From: Malacoraja senta
Taxonomy: Eukaryota
DNA: 64,000 nucleotides
Direction of reading: 5' to 3'
Assembly: GCA_038087875.1 (NCBI GenBank)
Contig: CM075982.1
Span: forward strand, 60,822,001 to 60,886,000
Shown: positions 63,039-64,000 of the stretch, in pieces
Numbering within the stretch: position 1 is the stretch's first letter
Layout of the letters: every line of letters begins with the position of its first letter
The notes under the pieces: generated by a model
Seen by the model: the letters and a program-made list of their open reading frames with translations, nothing else
The model's database searches: none
Told to the model about the DNA's origin: nothing
Made by a program: the position numbers and the translations under genes

Positions 63039-63463
63039 TATCAAAATCTTGGCAGTGATCTGGGATGGGGGGGGGGGGGCGGAGGATGGGAGAGGAGAGG
63101 AATAGTGAAATTGTTAGTATTGATGGGGATGGCTGTAGATGCTGCCTTGTTATTTCTAGGATGTGAAACAAAGATCTGAAATGAGTGGGTCAAGGGGATT
63201 TACTGTGGAGAGGGGAGGTGGCTTAGCTGATTTTGGGGAAATTGAGTGAAATAAATAGACAAACCAGTGGGAAATCCAGCCAAGAAAAAAAGATCAGAAT
63301 TGTAAGTGCAAACAAGACTTGAAATAATTTTCCAAAAAGATTTTTGATCGATATTTTATCATTACTTATTAGTACTCCATTGGTATATTTAGTTACTTAA
63401 AAACTTAATTCATTAAGATGAAACACATTGAGTCTCCTAAAGCACAACTTAATTGAAATAATG

Positions 63464-63862
63464 TGTAGGAAGGAACTGCAGATGCTGGTTTATACAGAAG
63501 ATTGCTGGTTTATACACAAATTGCTGGCGTAACTCAGTGGGTCAGGCAACATCTCTTGAGAAAAATAATTAAACGAATAAGAAAAACTCCAAAGACCTAC
63601 ACGTTTGTAAGTTAATTGGCTTGGCAAATGTAAAATTTGTCCCTAGTGTGTGTAGGATAGTGTTAATATGCTGGTCGACGCGGACCTGGTGGGCTGAAGG
63701 GCCTGTATCTCTAAACTAAACGGGAAAAATAGGTGATGTTTCGGGTAGGAACCCTTCTTCAAACTGAAGAAAATCTAAAGAGGGATTCCGATCGGAAACG
63801 TCACCTATTCTTTTTCTCCGGAGGTGCTGCCTGACATGCCGAGTTCCTCCAGCATTGTATGT
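63464..63862. mobile_element. Palindromic PLE-derived insertion with nested V-SINE 3' half (~63585-63721, +)
   Basis: Exact 15-bp TSD TTAATTGAAATAATG (63449-63463, 63863-63877). Confidence 0.9.
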
Positions 63863-64000
63863 TTAATTGAAATAATGATGTTCTCATCATCGAGGTGTAA
63901 GTAATTACAGCTAAATCATTGAATCAGCACCTTCATCAATGCTACTAGCTACATTTATATTACTCAATGTATTTACAGAGCATCACAAACCTCTGGCAAA

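Noticed and set aside
1-64000. Six-frame ORFs as host or prokaryotic genes / operon-type system
   Set aside because: All are 215 aa or shorter, many begin at non-ATG codons, and the recognisable ones are TE fragments; the sequence is repeat-rich vertebrate DNA.

Overview
This is vertebrate, not prokaryotic, DNA. The repeats (HE1-type tRNA-derived V-SINE, CR1/HER1-type LINEs, Rex1/Babar, L1, Penelope-like elements) point to a cartilaginous fish, most likely a skate or ray; the taxon is inferred from repeat content only. I cannot support any intact host protein-coding gene. The window looks like a large intron or gene desert: TE fragments alternate with TE-free AT-rich blocks, some of which look like conserved non-coding enhancers (unverified). 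The recognisable ORFs in the track are decayed retroelement fragments. The most interesting signal is a family of more than 20 short insertions (about 90-500 bp) derived from the terminal repeat of Penelope-like elements (PLEs). They carry a minimal hammerhead-ribozyme-like core (consensus CUGAAGA-A-GGGUC-UC-GACCC-GAAACGUC), are often head-to-head palindromes, and many have 10-16 bp target-site duplications (TSDs). Two copies are attached to GIY-YIG endonuclease coding remnants. Hammerheads in PLEs are a known class; whether this family is described or catalytically active cannot be told from sequence, and stem I is only about 2 bp. Also notable: a Tigger5/MER47-like MITE, a PIF/Harbinger MITE, a young L1 fragment and a degenerate ~35-bp repeat array. 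Family names come from recalled consensus features, not database searches.
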